A DNA stretch of 64,000 nt from Raja brachyura (taxonomy: Eukaryota): the NCBI GenBank assembly GCA_963514005.1, contig OY740808.1, forward strand, positions 12,710,001-12,774,000, read 5' to 3'. The notes beneath the pieces are model-generated. The model saw only the letters and a list, made by a program, of their open reading frames with translations, had not been told where the DNA came from and made no database searches. Positions within the stretch are counted from its first letter, which is position 1; each line of letters begins with the position of its first letter. Shown one piece after another: positions 36,187 through 49,410 of this stretch. The translations under genes and the position numbers were made by a program.

Positions 36187-37096
36187 CTGTTTAATAAGAA
36201 GTCACATTTAATTGCTGTCGTTGAGATATCATTATTTGCGAAAATATATCTCATTAAAGCACTAATTTATTCATTTGTAGAAATAAGTCGTTTTATTCTC
36301 GACCTATGTCCAACCATTATAGTGTGGGTTTTTTTAAATTTAGTAAACAATAAATAAAGTACGTGAAATCAACTAGAATAGATCCTGTCTGCGGTATGCA
36401 TAAACTCCGGGGAACGCTTATATGATAGATCATGGCTGCACTTTATAAAAAACTGAATATATTATTATAGCTTTTATAATGTTCATTTTACTACACAGCT
36501 CGGGCTTTATATTTATATAAATATATCATCAGATATAAACGGTTCGCGGTCGCGAAATTTATAATAACAGATTTCAACTTATTTATTTTGTCAGCACCCA
36601 TTGAGATGGAGGGTGACGCTATTTAAGTTCGGCAACATTATATAGAAACTAGTCTTCGAAAGCCACGGTTGCCGATTGGCCGATGTCGTTCACAAGCAAG
36701 GATGGCATTGTGGTTCGAATGTTCATTAAAATGTGAAATGCACTGCTGCATCCACGAAAGGCTGCTCGACGTATTAAACAAAATTTCTGAGGGAAATGTG
36801 TGAAACTTTATCTTCGCATGTCGCTTGTTGATATCCTTGTTAAACCCGTCAACCGGAATTTTGACAGTGTTGAATATTAACGTTGCTGACCCCTCGTTAC
36901 CCAAGCAATTTCCTTTCATATCTGCACAATCACTGCGAATATTTCCGCATATTATTGGACGAACCCTATTCCATGCAACTTCAGTTCTACATCAACCCTC
37001 ATCTAATTGACTATTTCAAAATCCGGGAGAAATTGCACCATTCGCATTGGGTAGTACGCGATCATTATTAGACGGGAAAAAAATGGAAAGTTGAAG

Positions 37097-37104
37097 ATTT
37101 GCAT
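37097..37104 (+). promoter_or_regulatory. Perfect octamer in the cluster 3 J-C intron (candidate enhancer site)
   Basis: ATTTGCAT, conserved at 57685-57692. Confidence 0.4.
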
Positions 37105-37397
37105 CACATTTTCGAGTACATTGAATTCATGGTGCGACCCAAAGTAATTCTGTGAACTGTAAAAAAATGTTGTTTGGAATCGCAGCTGCGCGATTTCTAA
37201 TCTAATATTGACGCTGTAAGGGTTAGTCTTGCTCGAGTTATGGTTATTTTGAAATTCTTTGTAGGCGCAATATGGCTCTGATCAGTGCAAACAATTAAAT
37301 ACATTATTTTCGTCGCTTATATACATTATTTTCAAACAATATCTGCATTAAAATAAAAAGAAGACATCGCGCTATCCGAAGAATATATTTTACTTAC

Positions 37398-37910
37398 CGC
37401 CAATACCCAGCCTCGTTCTTTTACCGAAATGTAAACCACTATCCCATTTGGCACAGTAATAATCAGCAGCATCCACCGATTGGACGCCAGATATTGCGAA
37501 TATTAGAGAGTTGCCTGACACCGAGACGGAAAAACGGTCTGGAATGTCCGTGCCTTTATAAGTGGTGCCGGAATAATACCAGAATAGATACTTGGGAGTT
37601 TTGCCAGGAATCTGTTGGTACCACCCGGCATTGTCAGCGCCTGAACTTGAACCCGATATGGTACAGGACATCTATATGTTCTGTCCCGTAGAGGTGGCCA
37701 GCGAAGGCGGCTGGCTTACAGTAACTGCCGCGCTTAAGTCTGAGAAAAGAGAAATATCAGAACAAAAAAGAAAATTGTTACGTTTGTTGAAGTGTGGGAG
37801 ATAACCCCAAATTAATGGTGAACAGAAATAAGTATAATGTCCAGGGAAGTAAAATACTCACAAACTGCGCAAAAAACCAACGCACCGGCCACACGGATCC
37901 AATAAGACAT
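37398..37910 (-). pseudogene. IGLV: IgL cluster 3 leader (37862-37910) + germline-joined VJ (37398-37739) pseudogene
   Basis: Splice sites and length intact, but CAG>TAG at 37672-37674 in FR1 and J reads FGKRT. Confidence 0.9.
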
Positions 37911-37986
37911 TTTCATTAACCGACTGAGCTCCGAGAGGGCGGCAGCTTCCAGGACGAGTGGCGTGTAATCTTGCTCTCTGGCTCTC

Positions 37987-38068
37987 TTTATAAATGGAAT
38001 GACGAGATGTCACAGTGTGTTTAACTCTCCAAACCAATCAAACCGGTATGATCGTCGAAGCCAATCAG
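37987..38068 (-). promoter_or_regulatory. IgL promoter, cluster 3 (TATA, half-CRE, two CCAAT; no octamer)
   Basis: TTTATAAA 37987-37994; CTCCAAAC 38027-38034 at the octamer position; CCAAT 38034-38038 and 38061-38065. Confidence 0.75.
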
Positions 38069-38999
38069 AAATTGCCAGATTCATCCTCAAAGTATTCGCC
38101 ACTGTGAAACATGCAGGTCTTATTTTAGAGATTTGTATTTCTAAGATGCTTCATGCGATCTCATACATACATCAGAATAACAAGGATTGTCACAGTTTCC
38201 CCTTCTTTATTAACAAACAATCTATAATTTTTAATATGACCCCACCGCATATATATACTAAACAAATTGTCTGCGAGTATTGAATATTATATTCGGTAAC
38301 TGTTTAATCACCAATGGAAAGGGAATGGAAATATTTTATCTAAACGGTCCAACTGAATCCGTATCGCTGAATAAAACATGATGACAGTCACCTCATCGGC
38401 ACTTTTTGTTTAATTATATATCACATTAAATCTAAATATCTTTGTAATTTTAGAAATCGTAAATCCAACAGGCTGCCCTTCTACTTGTGTATCAGATAAT
38501 TCAGAAAGGACCTGAGGGGACAGAACATCACTGCAAATGTCAGTAAAGTTGCAGTTTTGGAGGCAATTTTGACTACCCAATGTGTGTCGTGCTTGGAAAA
38601 TCGGTCTGTGAAACTTTCATGTTGTAATGCGCAGTAATTCGCTAAACATGCCTCGACTCAAAGTGGTAAGGTTACCTGAACCAAATTAATGCACATATGA
38701 GTGAAGTAAAGGGGGTCATATTGGCTCTCACCGAACACTTCCAGAGTTCTTTCGACTTTGTACTACGACAGGACGACAGGAATTTTACACACAGCACATC
38801 CATATTCAATTAAAGTTGAATAGAATACGGGAACTCCAGCTATGTGGTAAAACTGACATGGGAAAAACGTGAAGAGCGGTTTTCGGGAAATAGCAGGTGA
38901 GAAAAAGAATTATCACCAATAATTGTCCTTAAATTGTCATTAAACTAAATAAGTTTAGCAGTGCACATGACTGGTCAGCCATCCATTAATTTAACCATT

Positions 39000-39215
39000 C
39001 ATCCTTTCACCACTACGTTTTCCCCATGACCTGCCTGGGATTTTCCCAGGAAGCTCAAGTTTCCTCCCACACTACAAAGACAGGTTGGGAGGTTCATTGG
39101 ATTGCTAATATTGTATATTGTCCCTAATGTGTGTAGGATAATGTTAATGTGCGGGGACTGTTGATCAGTGGGTAGAAGGGTCTGTTTATCCGCTGTATCT
39201 CCAAATTAAACTAAA
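39000..39215 (+). mobile_element. V-SINE/HE1-like SINE (5'-truncated)
   Basis: V-domain-like gtttcctcccacactacaaaga and gaagggtctgttt..cgctgtatctc tail; paralog ~59590-59800. Confidence 0.65.
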
Positions 39216-39499
39216 GTGACTACAATTTGTACCATATACAGAATGAGCTGCAATTGCAGGCATAAGCCACTCTGAACGTAGGCATGTCACTACGACTTGC
39301 AAGTTTACCTAATGTTTATTTACACAGGTCCCTGCTCTCACCGTTCTCATCCTTCTCTAATTGCTGCACGTTTTAAAGATTGCAACGTGCAATACCGTGA
39401 GAAAATGAACGCGCGAAAGATTGCACTGGCACAAGGCTGTTCATTATTACATCCCCAAATGCCGATCCGCAGATGCTACATGATCCCCCAACTTTCCAC

Positions 39500-41098
39500 A
39501 TCGGCCAGCGTCTCATCTACACTAGTCCCACCTGCCCGTATTGGGTCCATCGCCCTCCAAATCTGTCATATCAATTTACTTGCCAAACTGGTTTTAAAGC
39601 GTTGGCACAACTACCTCCTCTGGCTGATTGTTCCATACACCCACCACCCTCTGCGGGAAAAAGCTACCCCTCAGATTTCTATTAAATCCTTGCCCCGCCA
39701 CCATAAACCTGGTCCTCGATTCACCTACTATGGGCAAGGGACTGTACATCTGCCCAATCTATTAATCTCACAACCCCATACACTTCTATAATATTTCCCC
39801 TCATCTCCCTGCGCTCCAAGGAATAGAGTCCCAGCCTACTCAACACTCCCCCCACCCAACCCCCCTATACCTCAGCCCCTCTAGTCCTGGCAACATCTTC
39901 GTAAATCTTCTCTGTACCCATTCCAGCTTGTCGACATTTTTCCTATAAGATAGTGCCCGGACTGAACACAATACTCTAAATGCGGCGTCATCAACGTCTT
40001 ATACATCTGCAACAAGACCTCCCAACCTCTATACTCATTACTATGGCTGATGAAGGCCAATGTTTCAAAAGCCTTTTTAACCGCCCGTCGACTGCCTAGG
40101 TCCTGTCTATGTTAGTATTCCCAAAATGCAACACTTCACATTTCTCTGTATTAAATTCCATCAACCATTCCTCAGCCTACCTGGCCAATTGATCAAGAAG
40201 CTGTTGCACTTCTTCACAACCATCTCCACTATCTGCAAAACCTCCCAAGTTTGTATCATCAGCAAACTTGCTAATCTTACCAAGCATGATCCCATTCAAA
40301 TCATTCATATAGATGACAAACATTAACGGGCCCTGCACCGAACCCTACATTTTAAATTCATCCAGTGAATTGACCTTTACGGCCTTCTGTGGTAGAGTAT
40401 TCCACAAATTCACAACTCTCTGGGTGAAATTTCTTTCTCCTCACAGTTTTAAATGCCCCCCCCCCCCCCCCCCCCCCCCACTCTTTATTCTTAGACTGTG
40501 GCCCCTGGTTCTGGGATAGAACCTACGCTGCACTGCCTCGATAGCAAGGATGTCCTTCCTTAAATTAGTAGACCAAAACTGCACACAATACTTAACTGCA
40601 CACAATACTTGAGATGTGGTCTCACCAGGGCCATGTACAACTGCAGAAGGACCTCTTTCCTCCTCTACTCAAGTCCTCTCGTTATGAAGGCCAATATGCC
40701 ATTAGCTTTCTGCACTGCCTGCTGTACCTGCATGTTTTCTTTCAGTGACTGGTGTACAGGGACACCCAGGTCTCGCTGCACTTCCCTTTTTCCTAATCTG
40801 ACGCCATTCAAATAATAATCTGCCTCCTTGTTCTTGCCACCAAAGTGGATGAACTCACAATTATCTACATTATATTGCATCTGCCATGCGTCTGCCCAGT
40901 CACTCAACCTGTCCAAGTCGCACTGCAACCTGCTCGCATCCTCTTCGACTTCAAAATGCCACCCAACTTTGCGTCATCTGCAAATTTGCTAGTGTTACTT
41001 TTAATCTCATCATCTAATTCATTCATATATATTGTAAATAGTTGCGGTCCCAGCACCGAGCCTTGCGGCACTCCACTTGCCATTCCCTACCATTCCGA
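39500..41098 (-). mobile_element. Composite of decayed CR1 fragments
   Basis: RT remnants, e.g. ORF 40665-40928; duplicated at ~60180-61807. Confidence 0.8.
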
Positions 41099-41104
41099 CA
41101 ATAA

Positions 41105-44100
41105 CGTTGGTGCGTTGTATCTGGACTTTCAAAACGCCTTTGACAAGATCCCACACATGAGATTAGTGTGCAAAATTAGTGTGCAAAATTAGTGTGCAAA
41201 ATTAGAGCACATGGTTTTGGGACCAGGATATTGACATGGAGAAGGGACTGGTTGCAGGCAAGAAGCGAAGAGAATTAATTAACGGGTCATTTTCAGAATG
41301 GCAGACAATGACTGGTGGGTTGCCGCAAGGCTCAGTGCTGCAACCCCAGTTATTTACAATATACATTAACGATCTAGATGAGGGAATTAAAAGTAACAAC
41401 TCCAAGTTTGCAGATGACACAAAGCTGGGTGGCACTGTGAGCTACGAGGAGGGTGGTATGGGATTATAGGTTGACTTGGATAGGTTGGGTGAGTGGGCAG
41501 ATGCATGGCAGATGCAGTATAATGTGGATACATGTGAGGTTATCCATTTTGGTGGAAAGAACAAAAAGGCAGATTATAACCAAAAAACCATATAACAATT
41601 ACAGCACGGAAACAGGCCCTCTCGGCCCTTCCAGTCCGTGCCGACCATTTATTTTCCATTAGTCTCATCTACCTGCACTCAGACCATACCCCTCCATTCC
41701 CTTCCCGTCCATATATCTATCCACTTTACTTTTAAATGTTAAAATCAATCCTACCTCCACCACTTCTGCTGGAAGCTCATTCCACACAACCACCACTCTC
41801 TGAGTAAAGAATTTCCCCCTCATGTTACCCCTAAACGTCTGTCCCTTAATTCTCATGTCATGCCCTCTTGTTTGAATCTTCCCTACCGTCAATGGGAAAA
41901 GCTATCCATGTCAACTCTGTCTATCCCTTTCATCATTTTAAAGACCTCAATCAAGACCCCCTTAACCTTCTGTGCTCCAAAGAATAAAGACCTAACTTGT
42001 TCAACCTTTCACTGCAACTTAGTTGCTGGAACCCAGGCAACATTCTAGTAAATCTCCTCTGTACTCTCTCTATTTTGTTGACATCCTTCCTATAATTAGG
42101 CGACCAAAATTGTACACCATACTCCAGAATTGGTCTTACCAATGCCTTGTGCAATTTTAACATTACTTCCCTACTCCTACATTCAATGCTCTGATTTATA
42201 AAGGGCAGCACACCAAAAGCTTTCTTTTCCACCCTATCTACACGCGGTTCCACCTTCAGGGAACTATGCACAGTTATTCATAGATCCCTCTGTTCCACAG
42301 CTTTCCTCAATTCCCTACCATTTACCATGTACGTTCTATTTTTGATTTGTCCTGCCAAGATGTAGCACTTCACACTTATCAGCATTAAACTCCATCTGCC
42401 ACCTTTCAGCCCACTTTTCCAAATGGCCCAAATCTCTCTGTAGATTTTGAAAATCTACTTCATTTTCCACAACACCACCTATCTTAGTATCATCTGCATA
42501 CTTACTTATCCAATTTTCCACCCCATCATCCAGATCATTGATGTACATGGCAAACAACAGTGGACCCAACACAGATCCTTGAGGCACCCCACTGGTCACA
42601 GGCTTCCAAACTGACAAACAGCCATCCACCATTACTCTCTGACATCTTCCATTTAGCCACTGTTGAATCCATATTGCTACTCCGCCATTAACACCCAAAG
42701 ATTGAACCTTCTTAACCAACCTTCCATGGGGAACCTTGTCAAAGGCCTTACTGAAATCCATATAGACAACATCCACGGCTTTACCCTCATCAATTTCCCT
42801 AGTAACCTCTTCAAAATATTCAAGAAGGTTTGTCAAACATGACCATCCAGGCACAAATCCATGTTGACATTTTTGATCAGACCCTGTTTATCCAGATGCT
42901 TATATGTATTATCTCTAAGTATGCTTTCCATTAATTTGCCCACCACTGACGTCAAACTAACAGGTCTATAATTGCTAGGTTTATTCTTTGAACCCTTTCT
43001 AAACAATGGAACAACATGCGCAGTACGCCAATCCTCCGGCACTATTCCCGTTTCTAATGGCATTTGAAATATTTCTGCCATAGCTCATGCTATTTCTACA
43101 CTAACTTCCCTCAATGTCCTAGGGAATATCCTGTGAGGTCCTGGAGACTTATCCACTTTTATATTTTTCAAAAGTGTCAGTACTTCCCCCTCTTTGAATC
43201 TCATAGTTTCGATAGCTACTCTACTTTTTTTCCTTACATCACAGAATTCAATATCCTTTTTCTTGGTGAATACCGAAGAAAAGAAATTGTTCAATGTCAC
43301 CCCCATCTCTTTTGGCTCTGCAGATAGCTGTCCATTCTGGCTCTCTAATGGTCCAATTTTATCCCACGTTATCCTTTTGCTATTAATATAGCTGTAGAAA
43401 CCCATCGGATTTACTTTCACCTTTCTTGCCAAAGCAACCTCATATCTTCTTTTAGCCTTTCTAATTTCTTTCTTAAGATTCTTTTTACATTCTTTATACT
43501 CCTCTAGCACCTCATTAACTCCATGCCTCCTATAATTATTGTAGCTATCACTCTTTTTTCGAAACAAGTGTCCAATTTCCCTTGAAAACCATGGCTCTTT
43601 CCAATTTTTACTATTTCCTTCCAACCGATTTTAATCTGAATTATGTCGGATTAGGAAAAGGTGAGATGCAACGAGGCCTGGATGTCCTTGTACATCAGTC
43701 ACTGAATGTAAGCATGCAGGTATCGCAGGCAGTGATGAAATGAAATGGCATGTCGGCCTTCATAGCGAGAGGATTTGAGTATAGGGGAAAGGAGGTCCTA
43801 CTGCAGATGTACAGGGCCCTGGTGAGACCACACCTGGACTATTGTGTGCAGTTTTGTTCCCTTATTTATGGAAGGACATTCTTCCTATTGAGTGAGTGCA
43901 CCGTAAATGCACCAGGTTAATTCCCGGGATGGTGGGAATGACATATGATGAAAGAATGAGACGACTGGGCTTGAATTCACTGAAATTAGAAAGATGAGAA
44001 GTGATCTTAGAGAAACATATACAATTCTGAAGGAATTGGACAGGCGAGATGCAGATTCATTTTACCGATGTTGGGGTTGAACAGAACCAGGCATCACAGA

Positions 44101-44392
44101 TTAAGAATAAGGGGTAGACCATTTGGGACTAAGATGAGGAGAAACGTTTTCACAAAGTGAGTTGTGAATCTGAGAAATTCTCTGCCACAGGTGGCAGTGG
44201 GGTCCAATTCATTGGATATTTTCAAGAGTGTTAGTTGTAGCTGTTAGGGCTAACGGAATCAAGGAATATGGGGGGAAATGCAGGAATAGAGTACTGATTA
44301 TGGATGATTAGGCATGATCATATTGGATGGTAGTGAAGGCTCCAAGGGCCGAATGGCCTTCTATTGCTCCTATTTTCTGTGTTTCTATGTTT
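41105..44392 (+). mobile_element. CR1 RT/3' end interrupted at ~41580-43628
   Basis: YLDFQNAFDKIPH, GLPQGSVLQPQLF, KFADD; resumes ~43630 and ends with a tttctatg tail. Confidence 0.82.
41585..43628 (-). mobile_element. Nested CR1-clade LINE (TTATATGG-tail subfamily)
   Basis: ORFs 43085-43624, 42833-43081, 42336-42854 (YMDFSKAFDKVPH, KYADD), 41951-42271 and 41665-41892. Confidence 0.92.
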
Positions 44393-45714
44393 CTCTGTAA
44401 AAATATCCACGGCCATGTATGGCAAGTGATTCCAAAGATTCACCACCCCATGACTAAAAACAATCCTCCTCATCTCCTTTCTAAAGATAGTCCTTTAATG
44501 CTGAGTCTATAGCCACTGGTCCCAGTCCCTCCCACCAGTGGAAACATCCTCTCCATGTTTACTCTATATAAGCCTTTCACTATTCAGTAAGTTTCAATGA
44601 GGTCTCCCTTCATCCTTCTAAACTCCTTCGAATACAGACAAGCCCTGTGTCCTCAACACATATTAACCCATTTATTTCTGGGATCATTCCCGTAAACCTG
44701 CTCTGGACCCCCTCCAAAGCCAACACATATTTCCTCAGATACGGGGCCTAAACCTGTGCACAATTATCCAAGTCCAGTCTGAGCAGTTCCTTATAAAACC
44801 TCAGTATTCCATTCATGTTTTGTCTTCTAGCCCTCTCAAAATAAATCCTAGCATTACATTCACATTCCTTCCTACTGATTCGACTTGTAAATTAACTTTT
44901 TGTTTATCCTGCAACAGCACTCACAAGTCCCTTTGTGTCTCCGATTTGTGAATTATTTCCCCATAGAAAATACCCTATGCCTTTATTCCTGCTACCCAAC
45001 TGTATGACTGCACACTTGAGTATTCCATCTCCCACTACTCAGCTCACTCCCTCAACATAACTAAATCCCTCCGCAGAGTCCAGGAAGTGCAGGTGCTTAT
45101 TTGCATTGGGCGCTTGGTGCAGAAGCTGCCACCTGTCCCGTGTCTCCAGAGTTTCTGCCTGGCCATTGATTTACTTCAGCATTTTGTGTTTATCTTCTGC
45201 ATAATAATGTAGTTGTCGACAATGTAACTTCCAAGCACATCAAGGCTTGGAACTATATCATCTTTCACAATTTGTTGATCCAACCTTTGGATTTATAACA
45301 TGAATGGCAAAACATGATTATATTTGCTGAAGATAGACACAAAAAGCCGAAGTAGTTCAGCAGGTCAGACAGCATCAAGGTAGTTTATCAGCAGCTTCAT
45401 AATGGCAGATAGGGATGGGCGATCGATGCATTGACTGACCATCAATACATTAATCCCAAAAATAAATACATGGATAGGGAGGAATTTAGCTAAACAACTG
45501 TAAACCGACAGTAGACACAAAAATGCTTGAATAACTCAGCGAATCGGGCTGCATCTCTGGAAAAAATTAATAGGTGATATTTCAGATCGGAAGCCTTCTT
45601 CAGACTGAAAGAGGTGGGGGTGGAAACTGTAAATGACAAGGCCAGAACAAATCAGGGCTGGCAACAGATGAGTTCAGGAAGGATGGAGCCCACAATAGAC
45701 CATTGTTGGCTGGG

Positions 45715-45888
45715 NNNNNNNNNNNNNNNNNNNNNNNNNNNNNNNNNNNNNNNNNNNNNNNNNNNNNNNNNNNNNNNNNNNNNNNNNNNNNNNNNNNNNN
45801 NNNNNNNNNNNNNNNNNNNNNNNNNNNNNNNNNNNNNNNNNNNNNNNNNNNNNNNNNNNNNNNNNNNNNNNNNNNNNNNNNNNNNNNN
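45715..45888. other. Assembly gap (N run)
   Basis: Run of n within a Penelope-derived repeat. Confidence 1.
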
Positions 45889-46369
45889 GCTCCTAGGATC
45901 AATACAGTTATATCGTGTAGGATCCTGTGTGTATAGAGGAACTGCAGATGCTGGTTTAAACTGAAGATAGACACAAAAAGGTGGAGTAACACAGCAGGTC
46001 AGACAGAATCTCTGGACAAAAGGAAAATGGTACTTTTTGGGTTGGGTCTGAAATAGGTTCCTGCACACCTTTGGAATGTGGATGGGAACAAGAACTCCTG
46101 GGGAAAACCCATGCGATCAAAGGGAAAGGGAGCAAACTCCATACAGACAGTGCCCATGTTCAGGATCAATTCCGGGTCTCTGTCACTTTTAGGCAGCAAC
46201 GTTATGGCCAATGTACTGCCCCATAGTCTTGAACTTAATTAAAACATTCAGTAGCTGTAAAGGGGGACATAGCGTCACTTGGAGATTTAAAACTGAAAAT
46301 TGATATTTTCATTTTTTTAGTAACGAAAGTTATCAACCTATAATTTTTGGTGTGTTGGAAAACAAAATA

Positions 46370-46590
46370 TAGTAGCTGGTAGACTTGCTGCCTCACACGC
46401 CTGAGATCTGTGTTCGATCCTGTCCTCGGGCACTTTTTTTGTTGAATTTGCACATTTACCCTGCAAGAGTGTGGGTTTCCTCCCACATCCAGAAGACGTG
46501 TTGGCTTTGTAGGTTAACTTGTTTCTGTAAAATTGCCCCTAATGTGTAGGGAGTGGGTGAGGAAAGTGGGATAACAGAACTTGTGTGAAT
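46370..46590 (+). mobile_element. tRNA-derived V-SINE/HE1-like SINE
   Basis: A-box-like agctggtaga, B-box-like gttcgatcc, then gggtttcctcccacatccagaaga; a related inverted copy lies at ~46060-46215. Confidence 0.65.
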
Positions 46591-46591
46591 G

Positions 46592-47030
46592 GGTAGACAA
46601 AAATGGTGGAGGAACTCAGCGGGTGAGGCAGCATCTATGGAGCGAAGGAAATGGGCGACGTTTCGGGTCGAGACCCTTCATCAGACTGATGTGAGGGTGG
46701 GGGGGGCGGGAAGAAGAAGTAAGAGGCCGAGACAGTGGGCTGGGGGAGAGCTGGGAAGGGGAGGAGAATTCCGGGATTACCTGAAGTTGAAGAATTCAAT
46801 ATTCATACCGCTGGGGTGTAAACTGTCGAAACGAAATATGAGGTGCTGCACCTCCAATTTATGGTGGGCCTCACACTGACCATGGAAGAGGCCCAGGACA
46901 GAAAGGTCGGATTTGGAATGGGAGGAGGAGTTGAAGTGCTGAGCCACTGGGAGATCAGGTTGTTTATTGCGAACTGAGTGGAGGTGTTGTGCGAAGCGAT
47001 CGCCAAACCTGCACTTGGTCTCACCGAGGT
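46592..47030 (-). mobile_element. Penelope 3' fragment (GIY-YIG end + pLTR)
   Basis: GETKCRFGDRFAQHL...PVAQHFNS...KLEVQHLIFR in ORF 46777-47097. Confidence 0.88.
46654..46687 (-). ncRNA. Minimal hammerhead ribozyme motif (canonical CUGAUGA core)
   Basis: Minus strand AGTCTGATGAAGGGTCTCGACCCGAAACGTCGCC. Confidence 0.8.
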
Positions 47031-49249
47031 TCATCATACACTGAATAATCCAACCACATTTTTGGTTGGAAATTGAAAGAAATAGTAGAAATTGCATTCA
47101 TTGCAACATGAAAAAGAGTTGAGATACTGCATTATAATTTTGCTGCATGTCATTGTGGTCTATATCATGTCTCGATTGGTGAATATGTTTCGTTTGTGAC
47201 TTTATTTGAAGCAGAAATAATTTGTGAATACTTCATTGAGCATAATTCCGACTGGTAACAGTGCACTTCGTCCGAGCACATTATCGCACACATCATGGAG
47301 CCGTCTTAAATGACCACCTAAACTGTCACTTGGCAACGTAAAAAGCTGCCAAGGTTGCCCGGCTGACAACAGAAAAAAAAATTAAGTGAGAACCCTGAAA
47401 GGTGTATAATATTTTTGACACTGTCATAGGCCTTTCTTACACATGCTGTCACAGCGCACTGTAGTCTCTCAACAACACTTCAGTAATTTTCCTTCCCCTC
47501 CATTTCAGAAAAATAATGTTTTAAGCCAATAACTCGACACTAGCACTGGTAATAAATAAATAAATAAACGCAGCTTTCCAGCCCTTTATTTCATTGGCCA
47601 CGCTCGGCTGCAAATCGGTGTCAATCTGGTGGACCATCTTCCTCAAGTCGTGGGGGTAGGGGATTGGGAGGGGCCTCACAAGTGGAACAGCTTAGGGCCT
47701 CTCTTCATCTAAATCCGGCCCTGGAAGGATACAAGGATGGGGGGGGGGGGGGGGGGGGGTTGCAAGAGTAGCTTGAAATTAGATAAATCAATAGTCATAC
47801 CACTGGGTTGAAAGTTGCCCAAGCGAAATATGAGTTGCTGTTCTTCCAATTTGCGTGTGGCCTCACTCTGACGATGACAGGACAGAATGGTCTGTACGGG
47901 AAAATAGATCAAAGAAAACCGGAGTAACTCAGCGGGACAGGCAGCATCTCTGGATAGAAGGAATGGGTGATGTTTCGTGTCGAGACCATTCTTCAATGGG
48001 AGGGAAAATGTTTCGGCAATCAGAATATCCCGTAGGCCATGGCGGACTATGCATAAGCGTTCAGCGAAACGACCACCTAGTTCATAGTTCCTCTTGCCAA
48101 TCTATAGGAGCCCGCACCGAACAATAGATGAGGTGGAGAAGGTGCAAGTAAACTTCTGCCTCCCCTGAAACGACTGTCGGGGTCCCTGGATATAGTCGAG
48201 GTGGGAGGTATAAGGACAGGATTGCTTCTTCTGCGGTTGCAAGGAGAAGTTCCTGGGGAGAGGGTGGTTTTGGTGGGAACTGATGAATGAACCAGAGAGT
48301 TTCAGAGGGAATCTTCACTGCGGAACACAGAAGGGGGGGTGGGGGGAGTTGTGACCAGTTTGGAGGTCAAGAACATTTAGGAGGATAATAACTGTCCCTA
48401 TCGCGACTGTGGGGCTTGGGAACAAGTGCGGAACTGGTGGATCAAATTGCGACACGTGTGATGGTCTAATTTATGATAAAAGGGCGGAACTATAGTTTCC
48501 TAAAGAATTAGGATATATCTGATGTTCTAGTCTGGAACATCTCATCTTGGGAGAAAAATCAGCGCCGTCAGAGGAATTGGTAGTAGGGAATAGGGTATTT
48601 TGAAAGTGGCAGGGTAGGAAGAAGTGTGGGCCGGATAACATGAACACCTAACAACTCCATGCCATTTCCACGGTGAGTTTACTGTCCTGGACCGCTCAAA
48701 ATGAGCCCACGCGCATATTGGACTAATAGCACCTCATATTTCGTTTGCGCAGCTTACAACACAGCGGTATGAACATTGATTTCTTCAACTTGAAGTACTG
48801 CTTCATTCCCCCCCCCCATCCCACCCGCCGCCCCCCCCCCCCCCCCTCCCCCCGTACATGAGGGCGGGAAAGAAAATAAGATATAGAGCGCGGTCAGATT
48901 GGATGAGAAAGGAAGGTGAGAGGGAAAACGGTGTAGGAATTGGAATGGGCACCGTTGAGTTTAAAGCGGTGAGGGTGATATAAAGTACAGAAATAAAAAA
49001 ATGCATGGAGAAGACAGGAACAATAAAACCAAAACACACTCCTTTTCAGATCACAGATGCCCATGCACCCAAGTAATTGCACAATGTTAATTATTATTTT
49101 ACTATCAGCGCATAACCTTGCAAATTATTAAATTGATAACAAATGGGATGTGGTAGATAAAAATACTTAAATCATTTTATGTGAATAAAAGTGTCGAAAC
49201 AGCCAAACAAATTTGAAAGAGCAAGGCAAACAGATAGGTAATGTATGGG

Positions 49250-49410
49250 CCGCATCTATGGAGCGAAGGAATGGGTAACGTTTCGGGCCGAGACCCTTCA
49301 TCAGACTGACCTCGAAACGTTAACCATTCCTTCGCTCCATAGGTGCTGCCTCACCCGCTGAGATTCTCCATATTCTGCCTTCGATTTTTCCAGCGTCTGC
49401 AGTTATCTCT
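49250..49410. repeat. Fold-back pLTR element with a CUGAUGA hammerhead on the minus strand
   Basis: gcatctatggagcgaaggaatgggtaacgtttcg...cccttcatcagact / cgaaacgttaaccattccttcgctccataggtgc. Confidence 0.72.

Noticed and set aside
38011-38050. CACAGTG heptamer in the cluster 3 promoter as a possible RSS
   Set aside because: No ACAAAAACC-like nonamer at 12 or 23 bp, it lies upstream of the leader, and cluster 4 has CACCGTG
37999-38283. Plus-strand ORFs conserved between clusters 3 and 4 (also 36825/57412, 39297/59995)
   Set aside because: Conservation is explained by the recent segmental duplication; no recognisable domains
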